DNA of 64,000 nucleotides from Octopus vulgaris (GCA_951406725.2 OX597815.1:90148001-90212000), one strand, 5' to 3'; shown: positions 1 through 12,704, counted from the first letter of the stretch. Numbers and translations are program-made. Notes: generated by a model from the sequence alone, not told the origin.

Positions 1-379
1 TTTAATCCTTATAAGCCGTCTTTCTTCTCATCATATATAGCAATTTTAAATTTCCCTTTGGAATTTATCTGATAGTGAGCATGAGCAGGCTTATGGATCT
101 GTGATCCAAGACATCAATACATGCTCCATTAAAGTAACTCTGTTGATATTATGAAAATCCATCGGCGTATTTCTGTTGAATCAATCTATACCGCTATTTA
201 AATTCGACATTTTTTTCATAATTCAAATGAATATATCGACATTTTTAGCTTCTAGCCTATCTCTGTGGTGTTATTTGACACCATACAGTACGTTGTTACC
301 CTGGTTTCATTATGTCAATTTGTCTTTATGTAGCTATTCTACTCCATTTGCAGTTTCCGCTGTGTCTATTTCAGGTATT

Positions 380-387
380 ACACACAC

Positions 388-442
<55 letters not shown>
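380..442. repeat. (CA)n microsatellite
   Basis: Near-pure CA run; explains the THTHTH/CVCVCV ORFs. Confidence 0.97.
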
Positions 443-444
<2 letters not shown>

Positions 445-1599
445 GCAGGTATAGGAAAGAGACGATACATGTATGTGTGTGCGTGTGTGTAATAGAGAGA
501 GATAGAAATAGTGAAAAACTGTGGTAGAGAGTGAGGGAGAGAGAAAATGAGTGTGTTGACATGTAACATATTGGGTCTCCATAAATATTCGTAAAACGGT
601 TATTCCTTAATAGGTATTCACGAGAAAGATTCGTGCGATTCCAAAAATAGTGTTATGTAGTAAAACATTGAAAAATAATCCCCCTCCTGAATAATTTAAA
701 CGAGGATGAGAATCGTAATAATGAAGTTACAAACAGAACTAAGAAGCGATGAATAATGTTAGAAGCTTTCAATGGACACTAATTCACCTATTTTCAAGCA
801 TGCATTTTCTCTCTTTTTTTTGTAAGTGCGTGAAATATCAACAATAAATATAAAATTCCTCAAAGAATTGGAGCGTTCTCAAGACGAGTAGTATCTTTGA
901 CAAGTTTTGCATAAATTTTGAAGAGACGTGAGTAGTGTTCAGTTTTAGCAGTTAGTAAATTTTAAGCATAGAAATTCTCTTACGACGTAGCCAACGTAAA
1001 CGAGATAGTAAGCTATGTCGTATGGAAAATGAGGAACCGCTCAGTGATGATCTGTAATTTTGAAATAAAGATATTTTATACGCCAGGGTTAACCTAAAAA
1101 ATAACTTAAATCTGGTCCAGAAAAAGATAATGCTAATGTGGAAATTTAAAACCTAATTACGTATGCCAAATCATCATGTCAAAAACCCTAATTAAACTCG
1201 AAATAATGAAATAAAACTCAACGCATAGTAACTCGTATATACCGCGTCTCTTTTTTGCATCACGTACTGATGTCTGTTATTCTAAAGCTAGTCTTGCTAT
1301 CCATTCAAAGCGAGCTAGTAATCTTCTTCTGTATGTGCTTTTATCAACACGTGGACCTAAAACTAAAATAAAATAGAATAACCTAAAATAACTGTCACTT
1401 GGATTATATTACATCTGTGTGGCCGGAGCTAACCTAAACACTAACACTTATAAGCCAACTTGAATTACTTTTAAACTTCCAATTTCGTCCTCGAATATCT
1501 GACGTGGAAGACCTGTGTTCATATCTAGGTGTGTACGCATATGTGCATAGATATTCTGCGTGTATGTGTAGGGGTGTTGTGTTTATTTCTGAAGAGCTG

Positions 1600-2500
1600 T
1601 ATGAACCTTTTACTTATTCGAAGTCAATTCCGTCTGCGTATCAGCTACAACCAGTTGTAAAGTATTAATTGTTCATCTGAAGCATGGAGGAAAGCTGTTT
1701 ATGAGTGTTTGACTTAGTTGGATATTTCAAACGATAAATTCTTCATTTATTTTCCTTGATTCTAAATGATTTGCATGGAAGAATAGTGCACTTCTTTTGA
1801 ATGAATACATTGGAAGCATGTGAGTTTTGAATCGACAGCGAACACTTCATTCAATTTTTGTTTATGCCCCCAGCATTTTTATTATTCATTATAATTTCCT
1901 TTGACAAAAATCGCAAATATATTTTTAGACAAATAATTGGTAAATCGATGGACTAACGTACTATTGTTAGTTGCTCAGAAATGGTGTTGGCATTATGTGA
2001 TACGAATATGTTTTGTATTATTTTTCGTCTTATTTATCCATTTCCTCAAATGTTAGCGAAACTGCGTTCTCTCTTTGATATAAGTGCTACTCTTGATTGT
2101 TCTACCACAGAATTGTTCCCATGATGGATGCTGTCTTTAATTATTCCTTTGATACTTAGTAAAAGTTTAGATAATTTATTGAACAAGGCAAGAAACCGAC
2201 ACATTGTTAAACATATTGTTCGTAATACCAGATCTCAATATACGATTACGAAAAGTTCAAGTTTCAGCTTTGGAGGGAATAGTATAAAAGAAATGCTACA
2301 ATTAAAAATCTGTATTGAGGAATTAAGAAAGCATTTTAGTTCTTTTAGGATATAAATTATCACCAATATAAAAATGTAAAGCAGACATTACCGGAATAAT
2401 TATATGCATATCATTGGTATACAATGGTAACACCGTTCAATCTTGTGTATATAATATTGTGGATAGAGTTTTCTGTCAGTATACCGAAAATACATTTAAA
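1600..2500 (-). mobile_element. Heavily decayed Penelope-like element, thumb/GIY-YIG part
   Basis: Minus-strand peptide remnants IGDNLYPKR (~2345-2375) and LHANHLESRKINE (~1745-1785) resemble PLE thumb and endonuclease C-terminus; collinear with the RT remnant at 3570-4050. Confidence 0.4.
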
Positions 2501-2654
2501 CACATACATTATTTATATTATTGCCATTTGACGGATATTTGTCCTCATCTTGTTTGTTCTTAACACAACGTTCGGGCTGCTATACCCTTCAGCCTCCATC
2601 AGGTGTGTTGGGAAAATTTCCAACCTGGGTTCTCATTCTTCTTATTAATATTCA

Positions 2655-2730
2655 GATCACTGCCTGGAATCGAACTCAGAATCTTGGGGTTACTAGCCCG
2701 CGCCCTTAACCACTGCTCCATATTATGCCC
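2655..2730 (-). promoter_or_regulatory. tRNA-derived SINE head with Pol III A and B boxes
   Basis: Minus strand GGGCATAATATGGAGCAGTGGTTAAGGGCGCGGGCTAGTAACCCCAAGATTCTGAGTTCGATTCCAGGCAGTG: A box TGGAGCAGTGG, B box GAGTTCGATTCC. Confidence 0.75.
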
Positions 2731-2773
2731 GTGGGCATATGGCGAAAACTCCAAGTTCGATTGCAGGCTGTGA

Positions 2774-2807
<34 letters not shown>

Positions 2808-2809
<2 letters not shown>

Positions 2810-3331
2810 CAGAAAAAAGATGGTATAGGCACACACCAGAAAAGGTCACAGAAAACGAGAAAGCAACCATACTCTGGGATATGCCGATACACACAGATAG
2901 AGAAATTAAGGCCAACAGACCAGATATAGTTGTCAGAGATCATGAAGAAAAAAATGCTTTCTAATTGATGTATCAATACCGGCAGATGACAACGTGTCTC
3001 TAAAAGAAATGGAGAAACTCTCAAAATACAAAGACCTGGAAATAGAGGTAACTAGAATGTGGAATCTGAAAACAGAAACAATTCCTATCATAGTAGGTGC
3101 ATTAGGCATGATAAAAAAATATTCAGACAAATACATAACAAAAACACCAGGACTTACAAACACATATAACATACAGAAAATTGCACTACTAGGCACTGCA
3201 CACATCCTACGCAGAACACTTTCCATACAATAACCATCAGAGCATCACAACAAATCACAGCACATACCCAAGGCACACAGAGCTGCGCTCGGTAGTGAAG
3301 TGAAAGCACGCTATAAAAATAAAACTACTGA
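2808..3331 (+). mobile_element. 5'-truncated R4/Dong-type non-LTR retrotransposon (RLE domain + 3' UTR) inside (TAA)n
   Basis: ILWDMPIHTDREIKANRPDIVV..CFLIDVSIP..EKLSKYKDL..IIVGALG..GTAHILRRTL (PD-(D/E)xK RLE); one frameshift in an A-run; stop 3231-3233; TAA arrays on both sides. Confidence 0.92.
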
Positions 3332-3431
3332 ATAATGATAATAATAATAATAATGATACTAACAACAACAATAACAACAACAACATTCAAGAATACATTA
3401 GGAATGAGAACCCAGGTTCGAAATTTCCCCA

Positions 3432-3478
3432 TGCCACCTGATGAAGGCTGGAGGGTATATCAGCAGAAACGTTATGTT
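3432..3478 (+). ncRNA. Minimal type-I hammerhead ribozyme motif (Penelope-type)
   Basis: CTGATGA (3438-3444), stem II GCTG/CAGC, GAAAC (3466-3470), GTT cleavage triplet with palindromic AACGTT helix III; degenerate inverted copy at ~2562-2608. Confidence 0.7.
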
Positions 3479-3569
3479 AACAACAAAAAGATGAAGAAAA
3501 ATATCCGTCAAATGTAAATAAAATAAACCATGCACATATTTTCTCATCTCTTAAATATAGAACTGTATT

Positions 3570-4050
3570 TAATCACATATTAATTATAGAAAGTAGTTCA
3601 AAGAATTCTACTCAATAAAAAAAAATCTCTACAATATGGGGTGAAATTCTTCAGATTAACTGCGTATTTTCTGAAATTTGAGTTCTCAGTAACTGTTGAC
3701 TGGCTTGTTGAACATAAGAGCTAATTATTCTGTTTATCTGGAGATTGTCTTTGGTGAGGCTTTGGTGTAGTGAAGGGTAAACTATAGTAATAGCAGGGAC
3801 AGCACCTCATTTGAATAGGTAACGAAGGTCATTAAGACCTTTCCATTAACAAATACTTAACATACCCAAAAGTATAAGATTTTTCCAATGTCCAAAAGCA
3901 CACTTTGTATGCAATTTTCTTGCAATGAAAAACTAGTTGCTTTAATTCTCCAAGTCTGTATCAATGCGAAAATACTAACATATCCAGTAAAGATGGTCTG
4001 CAATACTACGCATTGTGAGAAAGTACGAACATTTCTATTCTATTTGTTAG
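3570..4050 (-). mobile_element. Decayed Penelope-like RT N-terminal region
   Basis: Minus strand ~3718-3770 gives PKPH/KDNLQINRIISS with one frameshift, matching the PLE motif GLPKxHKxxxPLRPIISS. Confidence 0.55.
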
Positions 4051-4057
4051 CAGAAAT

Positions 4058-4175
4058 TGGCGAACCTGGTTGAAGGTCGGATAGACTAAACTGTGCTGAG
4101 CGTTTCAGGTAAATGCACTTGCGTTCAAATACCCTTAAGATCAACTTTATCTTTGATCCTTTCGATTTCGATTAG
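4058..4175 (+). mobile_element. Decayed tRNA-SINE (family B)
   Basis: GTTCAAAT..GATCAACTTTATCTTTGATCCTTTCG resembles the copies at 12705 and 19975. Confidence 0.45.
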
Positions 4176-5920
4176 TAAATTTTCAGAAAATTGTTGTCAT
4201 GGATTTTCTGTTACTCTTTTTTCTTTGTATTTATATTCCTCCCTTTCAGGAAGAAATTAACTGAGATCAAACCAGGGTCTGGATGAGGGCCACCTGGTCT
4301 AAATTTGCACGGAATACTCCGTATGTCACGATGTTGCGACGAAAGCTTCATCAAGAAACCGAATGAAACTTTTGAAAAATGAGTTGCCTAATGTAAACAG
4401 GTATCACCAGTACTAAAGGATATATACACATTTAGTACGACACACTGATACGATTTTAATTTAATGTTGTTTCAATTGCTTATATTGAGTTTGCTAGAGA
4501 TATACAATTCTCCACAATGCCAGTGAATCAAATATTCACATACTTCAATACATCGAAGCATAAATTTCGTTTCAGTAAACAACCAACGTGTGTGTGGCTT
4601 TGACAAAATCAAAATGTGTCTGTTGTTCTGATGAGTCCCTGCAACCATATTCATTCCGCACTGATATATATTGCGTTTTTAACCAACGGTTATGAAGAGA
4701 TTTTATCTCGGATAAATTCATAACACTATCCGGAATCAGGATGGGTGACATTTGACCAATTTGGAAGGGACAGAATAGACTTACAGAAAAGGCAATACGA
4801 GACATGCATATGCACAACATATATTCAGGTTCTCTTGACTAATGATTATAATTTATTCATCTAAAACAATGATTTATCACCATATATATTTAGAATCAAA
4901 CTAGAAGTTGGGGCTCTGCGAACTACAAAATGTGAACGCATTGATTCATGCCGACCGATAAATCACAATTGCTACATAAGATGATTGAGCAATATTTTGG
5001 ATATCAGAACGTGTATGCATATGGATTTACCTCGTCAGCTTTGGACCGATTTGATGGAGAAATTTGCGGAGAACAAGTCTAATCTGCTGGAAGATTTTTG
5101 AAGATCATGATAACTCATTTGGTTCGATCTGTTGCTAGGAGTATGAAACATAGGCGTATGTTTATGATCGGAAAATGAAAGCTATGTCGAAGATAGAGCA
5201 TTGCGCTTCTTCGTCAAGAACTGTGTCGAAACAAAAAACAGACGAACGGCAAAATAAACCATGATAGCTGTTTCAGGGTATGACAAGACCATTGCTGTCT
5301 TTGATTCTCAGGAATGTGGCTATATCGTGAACAGCGAACGTTAATAACAATTTATAGATGTAATGAAGCGCGAAGGAAGTGTTTGAAGCATTTCAAGTGA
5401 TATTTAAATTAGAGATCCTTTAATTTTCTTCGAACCTCAGCCTATCATATCTGTCTAGAAATGTTTCAGAGAAATAAATTGGCTAAAATTTACTTTATTC
5501 CAAGTAACCTGACAGTTATTTTTGTAATTAAGATACGAAGTTGGTTTGAAACTAACTTATAAAGTGAAGTTAAACTGCTTACATTTGGGCTTGCAATTCT
5601 GTATTTGAGTTTGTGTTTTAATACGTTATGAAAAAAGAATTATACCAAAAATTTTTAAATATATTTTAATACACACACACACACACGCACGCACATACTC
5701 ACACTCACACTCAGTCACTCACACACCCATACACACATATGTATATAATGCACTTTCAAAATAAGTGAATCAATATCATCTTACATTACAGAAGAGATAT
5801 AAAATTTGAATAGCACGAATGAGAAATTTAATAAAGGAAGTGAAGGAGTTCATGTTAATAAAGAATTTCTAATAGATATTTCAAATATATTTTATAATCT
5901 AGGTCATAAAAGTCATTTTG

Positions 5921-6110
5921 TAGGCATCGATTTGGCAGACTTCGTAATTCATCACGCTTAATATTTCCCGATAATTAAATTTGTCGCTCCCGTCTATGTT
6001 CTGATTTCGTTGCCCGCTGGCTTACAGTTTACTGTCATCACTTCAGGGGCGATAAAACATTCAGTAGTAATATACAAATTACATCAATTAAATCAGTTGA
6101 CTTGCTGCCT
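5921..6110 (+). mobile_element. Decayed tRNA-SINE (family B)
   Basis: TGGCAGA..GTTCTGA..TCATCACTTCAGGGGCGATAAAA similar to other family-B copies. Confidence 0.45.
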
Positions 6111-6899
6111 CTAAAGAAAATTGATATCAAAAAATAAATATAATTTCATATACTAACATGCCATTAGGGAAACATGTAAAGAATTCTGGATTAGATTTTC
6201 AGTGAGTACGATATGAAATCTGTGTGTAGCAAAGAATATTCTTTAGGAATAAAAAAACATACCTCATTTTCTTTTTGTAACAGCAGTATACTATTAGTGT
6301 AGCATCCTTCAATAATATACTGTAGGCTTGAGGACTGATTATACATCGAAATTTAAAAGTTTTGTTTTTTCATTTTAGTAGTACTAAAGGGATAGTGAGT
6401 TTGGAATATAAGATACACAGCTATAAAATCATCTGTTTCCAGGTCAACAGAAATTATTGAAATTTCCAGGATTATTCGACCAATAACTGTATGGACAATT
6501 TGTTATAAAATGAAAATACGAATGAAAATCATTGACTGAAAAACTTCGACAAAATCTGTAATATGTTGTTTTCTGTTTTATTTATTAGGATCTCTGTATA
6601 TGTACATCTTCCTAATATTTTTATTTCATTCTTTGAAGAAAAGAAAATAGTGATAGAACTCTAAAGTAATTTGCCATGTGCATGTTGATATGAATATTTC
6701 AAAGATTACGAAAACAAAAATGATAAAATTGAATTTCTCATAAATATTAAGCAAATTATATTTGTGAGCGTTATCAAGTTTCCAAACAACAATGTTGTTC
6801 ACCTTGTATTGTAACGACAAAAGATAATAAATATTTGATTTAATGCGCTGGGCAAACGCAAAAGTCACACATCAGTAATAAAATATAGATTGCATCAAA

Positions 6900-7830
6900 T
6901 TGTTACAGATTCTATTTACACGGTTCGATTGAAATATTTCCTTGTAATATAAAAAAAGAAGAAAAACAGTAGCTCATTTGAAAGGAAAACTACTGTATTG
7001 TATAAAATAATGTTTTTTTTACAGATTATTTGAAAATTTGATCGACTCAGAAAATTAGATACGATAGAATTTATCATTTATTGTCTTTACAACAATTTAT
7101 CTAGGAGTTTGTTGCAGGTCACTAAATGTGAATAAGTTTAAAGCGCGGATATATTCAACTGTAGTAAGTAATTGCAAGACCAAAGGTTATTGCAATTAAA
7201 TTTTCTAATAACCAGGGTTAATTGCCTAAACCTCTGCAGATTCGTATAAGCTACACGCTATACAACAAAAGGAAGTTCGTAAATGTGTGTTTATAAATAC
7301 ACATTACCTATTGAAACTTTAAACAGAAAAAACCTTTTCGCTTTCAAGCATGTATGTGTATGTAAAACCAAAGTTTCATTATACATGTTTTATACATTAT
7401 TATTTAGTAAATTATTCACACATTACTGATAACGATGCTTATAGTATATCTAAGACACCAATCACTGGTATTGTGCAGAAAAGCATATTTAACTCAGCAG
7501 CCAATACTCTTCATATACTCTGTATATAGTGCAACAAATAAGGAATGTTTTGCTTATACAAACAAACCCATTCACTAAACAAAGAAGCATATATTCCCGT
7601 TTGCGTTTTGAATAAATTTTACTTCGTGCACGATATCTCATTCGAGTCCCATGACTGTCAATAAGATGAACAATATAAGTGTTGACTTCCTTTAAACACT
7701 GATACAACTACGCTCAAACGTGTATAATGCTCTGATGAGCCACATGTGCTTCCTAAAATACGTACTTTATGTTAAGTTGAGTCCCGTTAATACATGTGTT
7801 GAACATGTAAGTTTGCATCATGGAGAGTGT
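6900..7830 (+). mobile_element. Decayed Penelope-like element 3' part ending in a hammerhead-like motif
   Basis: Remnants QKIRYDRI (~7049), KRGY (7141), CNK*GMFCLYKQTHSLNK (~7530, CxxC..YIGQT-like GIY-YIG), then CTGATGA at 7732. Confidence 0.45.
7728..7815 (+). ncRNA. Degenerate hammerhead-like motif with long stem-II loop
   Basis: CTGATGAG-CCACATGT...ACATGTG-TTGAACATGTA: core CTGATGA, stem CACATGT/ACATGTG, GAA(A)C lacking one A, palindromic ACATGT. Confidence 0.4.
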
Positions 7831-9264
7831 ATCAAATTACTCTGGTAATATTATTAATACATGTATCATGTCTTACTAGGTTACGGTACAAACATTCATA
7901 GACACACGCACGTATTCATTTAGACACAAATATTCACAGATTACAATAGACACACTGTAATAAAATAGCCTAAGAGTGAATCAGGTCATTACTACACAAA
8001 AGAAGGACAACTATTTTTCTGACTCAAACAGCAGAGAATATATGGAGCTTGAAGTTTGTGTTCTAATCCTTTTGTTTTATTAAAAATTTAACATTCGTTA
8101 TGTTTGCATTCAACAATGCCAATATATTAGGATAAAGTGGAGAAATTTATCTTCTATATTTAAGAAAAGTTTGAATATACTGTATGTTTGTTATTTACGC
8201 GCGATTATAATTTATGTAGGCACTATATTTCAATAGTGTTTTAAGATAGCAATATATTTGTATATATATATATGCTTAAACAGTTGTATTTCTGAATAGC
8301 TACTGACATAATAATTATCACTTTTTACTCGTATAGCTAATTCTACAAATACTCTCTATCCGGTTACTTTGTTTATATAAAATTGACATTGTTTCGGTGA
8401 GTGAGCAGTTTATTACATATGAGTCGGATTTTAACCGCTATAAATTTTCTGTTCACTTAACGATACATTCAAGATAAATAGAAGGTAGAATCATCCAGTT
8501 CTCTTTTTCTACCCCTATTCTGTAGAATGTATTCTCGTGTAAACGAGAATTTCAGTTTTATATCCCTTTTTCTTGAGGACATATGTAAAAAAACATAAGC
8601 AGAGGTGCTTCGCTTTTTATGGTGCATCTTAACTGCTTTGATTTATAATTTGTGTATATCTTAATTCGTTTGTCTTATGTGTCGTATCATACATATGTAT
8701 CTTGATTGATTTTCATTATTATGTGTTCATATTTATGTTGATCAATGACATGTTGCTATATTATGCCCTTCTTCCTTCATTGCATTCTGAATTTCGGATG
8801 GATTAGTAGGGAGACCTCATGACATGCGATGGCTTTTAGACATGTTTACACCTGATACAAAATATTTACCTCCATGTTACAGAAATGGATTATCCTACAG
8901 TTAAACATAAATAATGGAAGAAAGAAATAAACAAAAAAACAAAGAACGGAAGAAAGAACAGAGGAGTGACAAAAGAAAGAAATGAAGAGAAGTACAGAGT
9001 TCTGTATAGGACAGGTTCTTTATTTCTTGACCTCAAAGGGGAATGGGAATCCAGAGCAGAGAGGGCCGAAGCAAACCACAAGGTAACTTATCTACGCTCT
9101 CATTACTCTGGTGATTTAATACTGTTTACAAAAACAGATGAACTCACGAAGCCAATGTGCGTCTTTTGAGCCTACAAATAGAACTTCGAATCTAGCATTT
9201 GTAACTCTCATGGCAATATCTGCAAATGGTTTTCTCTCTCATACATATTGAGCTTGCAACATAT

Positions 9265-9325
9265 ATTTGTGTGTGTGTTTATGTGTGAGCGTGTGAGGGA
9301 GTGTGTTTGTGTCTCTGTGTGTGTG

Positions 9326-9361
<36 letters not shown>

Positions 9362-9426
9362 GCATGTATATGCATATATATATGCATGTATGTACACGTG
9401 TGAGTTCCTGCACGCTTATGTGTGTG
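9265..9426. repeat. (GT)n/(AT)n compound microsatellite
   Basis: Direct inspection. Confidence 0.9.
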
Positions 9427-10483
9427 ATAGTAGAGCAAAATGCCCTTCACAAACTAGAAGCCTACTTTTGTACACTAGTTCTTGTTTTTAGAACTAAGTG
9501 AAATCTAATATACTAGAAAACAACGAATAGCGTAGGTATAAAACTAGTGCAAATAAAATTCTTGTATATAATGAATATTGGAGAAATGTTAATTGATTTC
9601 TCTTAATTTGATAATGGACTAGAGTGTTAAAGTTTCCATGACAATTAGGCGAATGATAAAATTGAGTTATGGAAGTGATGTAATTATATCAACAATAACT
9701 AAATCACAATTCTTTTCGGCTGAAAGAAAAAAATATTAGTTTCTACATGTGTGTTAGCATCGACGTGTAAACAAATACAGGCCAAATGGTACATAGCTTT
9801 GTACACTTCCCATAATATGTATGCAGTGCTAAGGCCGTAAATGATAGGAGCATGCATATTCTATATAATATCCTATCAAATCGCTCCAAGCACCGACATC
9901 TTTACGAGCGTGATGAATTATAACATAATTTTTGGTATGTTAGATTGGATTAATCTCCATTAGATTAGTGTGCCCTATATAATATATTTGTCCGACGTCC
10001 AGCCTATTTCTGTACGGCTCTTGTTATTGTTGTGATTAATGTTGCTCTATTTTCAAGAGCACACACATGATGAAAAGCATCACATCTGCGACCTCACTGT
10101 TATTCGTACACCAATATCTATTTTGGCAATTTTTCATGCATGACTATTGGGTACGATTTGAGAGAAGTCTGGCTGCTCTTTCTCACCGATTGAGCAAGCA
10201 ATTATGGATGTGCTGTAGCACTGGTAGAGACAGTGTAGATAAAATTTTGTAAATATTTTTGTTTATAACATTGTTCATAAGCGATATTCCAGAGTTCTGT
10301 ATATTCTATCTTTCTCGTACTTGGTTTTGATGTTAAGGTCAAATAAATCGTACAATCTGTCTGTGTTTTCTGCATATTGAGGTGCATGTTGATTGATTTT
10401 GTAGTGTTTATGATGGTGTGTGTGTTTTGCTTGCATGCTGTAGCCAATTATGTCCCGTGTTAAGAGAAAAACAGATTAACTTC

Positions 10484-10700
10484 GCGCGTGCCTTAGTGGT
10501 TAATGTCTTCAGCTCACGGTCATAAAGTAGATGGTATCTGTAGTTCAATCGACTAGTCTTGTGTCATAGTTAACCTCCTTCAGAATTACATTAAGGGGTC
10601 GCTTGTCTGGGGAGTGCTCAGTCACTTTCACGTTGATTTCGCGAACAGCTTGTTTCGCTGATCGTATCAATCAGAACACTCGTCGTTGAGTACACCAGAC
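10484..10700 (+). mobile_element. Decayed tRNA-SINE (family C)
   Basis: Head GCGCGTGCCTTAGTGGTTAA (A-box-like) followed by an internally deleted body. Confidence 0.5.
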
Positions 10701-11255
10701 TAATTATGTGTTAGGCAGTACTATAAGTCTGCAGATATTTGCAACAAATTTGTTTGTGATTAACTTAATTCCGAAGAAATTAAATAGTTCTGTTTAGTGC
10801 ATAACCAGCGTGAATGATGCCCTCTGCATTTCTATACTTTATAGAGGCATGAGTTATCTGTTTAGGGACAAAAGAAAAACAATGGGAGAGAGTACAGATC
10901 ATTACTGCATTTCGTAGTCCCCCGTTATTACTGTTAGTTTGCTTGTGAATGTTTCATTTCCTTTCTTGAGGAAAGCAAGAATAGATTTACTGATATATGT
11001 GTTAACTATAATGTTTCGAGAAAGATTTTGTTGTTGAAGGCTTTAGAATTATGTAGATGTTGAATATATTTCTCTGTACCTATGAATTGTCAGGAATTAA
11101 AGTGAAAACGTACCGTAAGTATAGTGTGTGAGGTACGTTGGCGGTTTAAGTCAGTTAGTATGTAAATGCAATTTAGCTTTGCTACTATTCCGTAATGTCA
11201 CATGTCTTCCAACTAATACGTGTTGTATTTACTTTTTACTTTTTACTCATTCATT

Positions 11256-11480
11256 CTTTTACTTGTTTCAGTCATTTGACTGCGGCCATGCTGGAGCACC
11301 ACCTTCAGTCGAGCAAATCGAGCCCAGGACTTATTCTTTGTAAGCATAGTACTTATCGGTTTCTTTTGCCGAACCGCTAAGTTACGGGGACGTAAACACA
11401 CCAGCATCGCTTGTCAAGCCATATTAGGGGGACTGACACAGACACACAAACACATACACACACAACACACACAGACACAG

Positions 11481-11531
<51 letters not shown>

Positions 11532-11532
11532 A

Positions 11533-11583
<51 letters not shown>

Positions 11584-11743
11584 TACGACGGGCTTCTTTC
11601 AGTTTCCGTCTACCAAATCCACTCACAAGGTTGGCCCTAGGCTATAGTAGAAGACACTTGCCCAAGGTGCCACGCAGTGGGACTGAACCGGGAACCATAT
11701 GGCTGGTAAGCAAGCTACTTACGACATACCCACTCCTGCGCCT
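11256..11743 (-). mobile_element. tRNA-SINE family A, full length, with central CA/TA microsatellite
   Basis: Minus-strand head AGGCGCAGGAGTGG..GGTTCAGTCCC..CCTTGGGCAAGTGTCTT; near-identical to 44965-45392. Confidence 0.92.
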
Positions 11744-11847
11744 ATTTATTCATGTTTTTTACAATCTTTGAATCATGTATGTATTAAGCGGCAGTATATC
11801 AACTTACGCCTAACATGCTGAGCCTAAAGTTACATCGCTAAGTCTCG

Positions 11848-12275
<428 letters not shown>

Positions 12276-12469
12276 TTCAGGAGGAGAGAAATTGAAATTG
12301 TTACATAGTGTATACCAGTGAAATTCATGACTGGGTTTTCATCAATTGCCTTCAAATTTAATTTACCTCGAATATTAAAAAAATACGATTTTTTCTCAAG
12401 AGCATTGTCGAATGATACTTTACAACACTCTCGACATTCGGTAATGTGTTGAGAGAGAGCAGCTTTTCC

Positions 12470-12690
12470 GTTCATAATGGGTATTGTTTTGTGTGATCAT
12501 GAGTGTTGGACTCTGAAAGGAAACTCTGAGCGATTTTTAATGGTTTTAATTTATGTCTAAGTTTGAGTGTTCTGCAGAACATCTTAGAAACAATATGTGG
12601 GTCCCAAAAATTCGAAATGCTAAAGAAAGATCTATTAGCCCAAGCAAAGCTGCTGCAAACTAGATCGATTCAAAAGAAGGACAACGAATA
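12470..12690 (+). mobile_element. RTE-like LINE remnant
   Basis: ECWTLKGNSERFLMV resembles the RTE thumb motif E-x-WTL; very decayed. Confidence 0.35.
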
Positions 12691-12704
12691 CATACATACT
12701 GGTA

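Larger units (their letters stand above)
2504..3567. mobile_element. Palindromic non-autonomous element: tRNA-like head + (TAA)n + hammerhead-bearing 3' arm, head-to-head
   Basis: 2505-2640 is the reverse complement of ~3400-3530; centre TATGCCC-GT-GGGCATA at 2724-2739; tRNA-like segments either side of the centre; right arm carries ~40 nt of extra tail. Confidence 0.85.

Noticed and set aside
176-582. Overlapping ORFs with THTH/CVCV tracts (also at 9.2, 11.4, 14, 18.2, 34, 45, 50 and 59.5 kb)
   Set aside because: Stop-free only because of dinucleotide microsatellites
2655-2730. Possible genuine tRNA gene
   Set aside because: Acceptor stem poorly paired and embedded in a repeat with an inverted partner; treated as a SINE head
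4160-5500. Possible Tc1/DD41D-like relic on the minus strand; CTGATGAG at 4628
   Set aside because: Only faint motif remnants; no hammerhead stem or GAAA after the CTGATGA
8966-9090. Possible exon ending at AAG|GTAACT
   Set aside because: No recognisable protein and no partner exons
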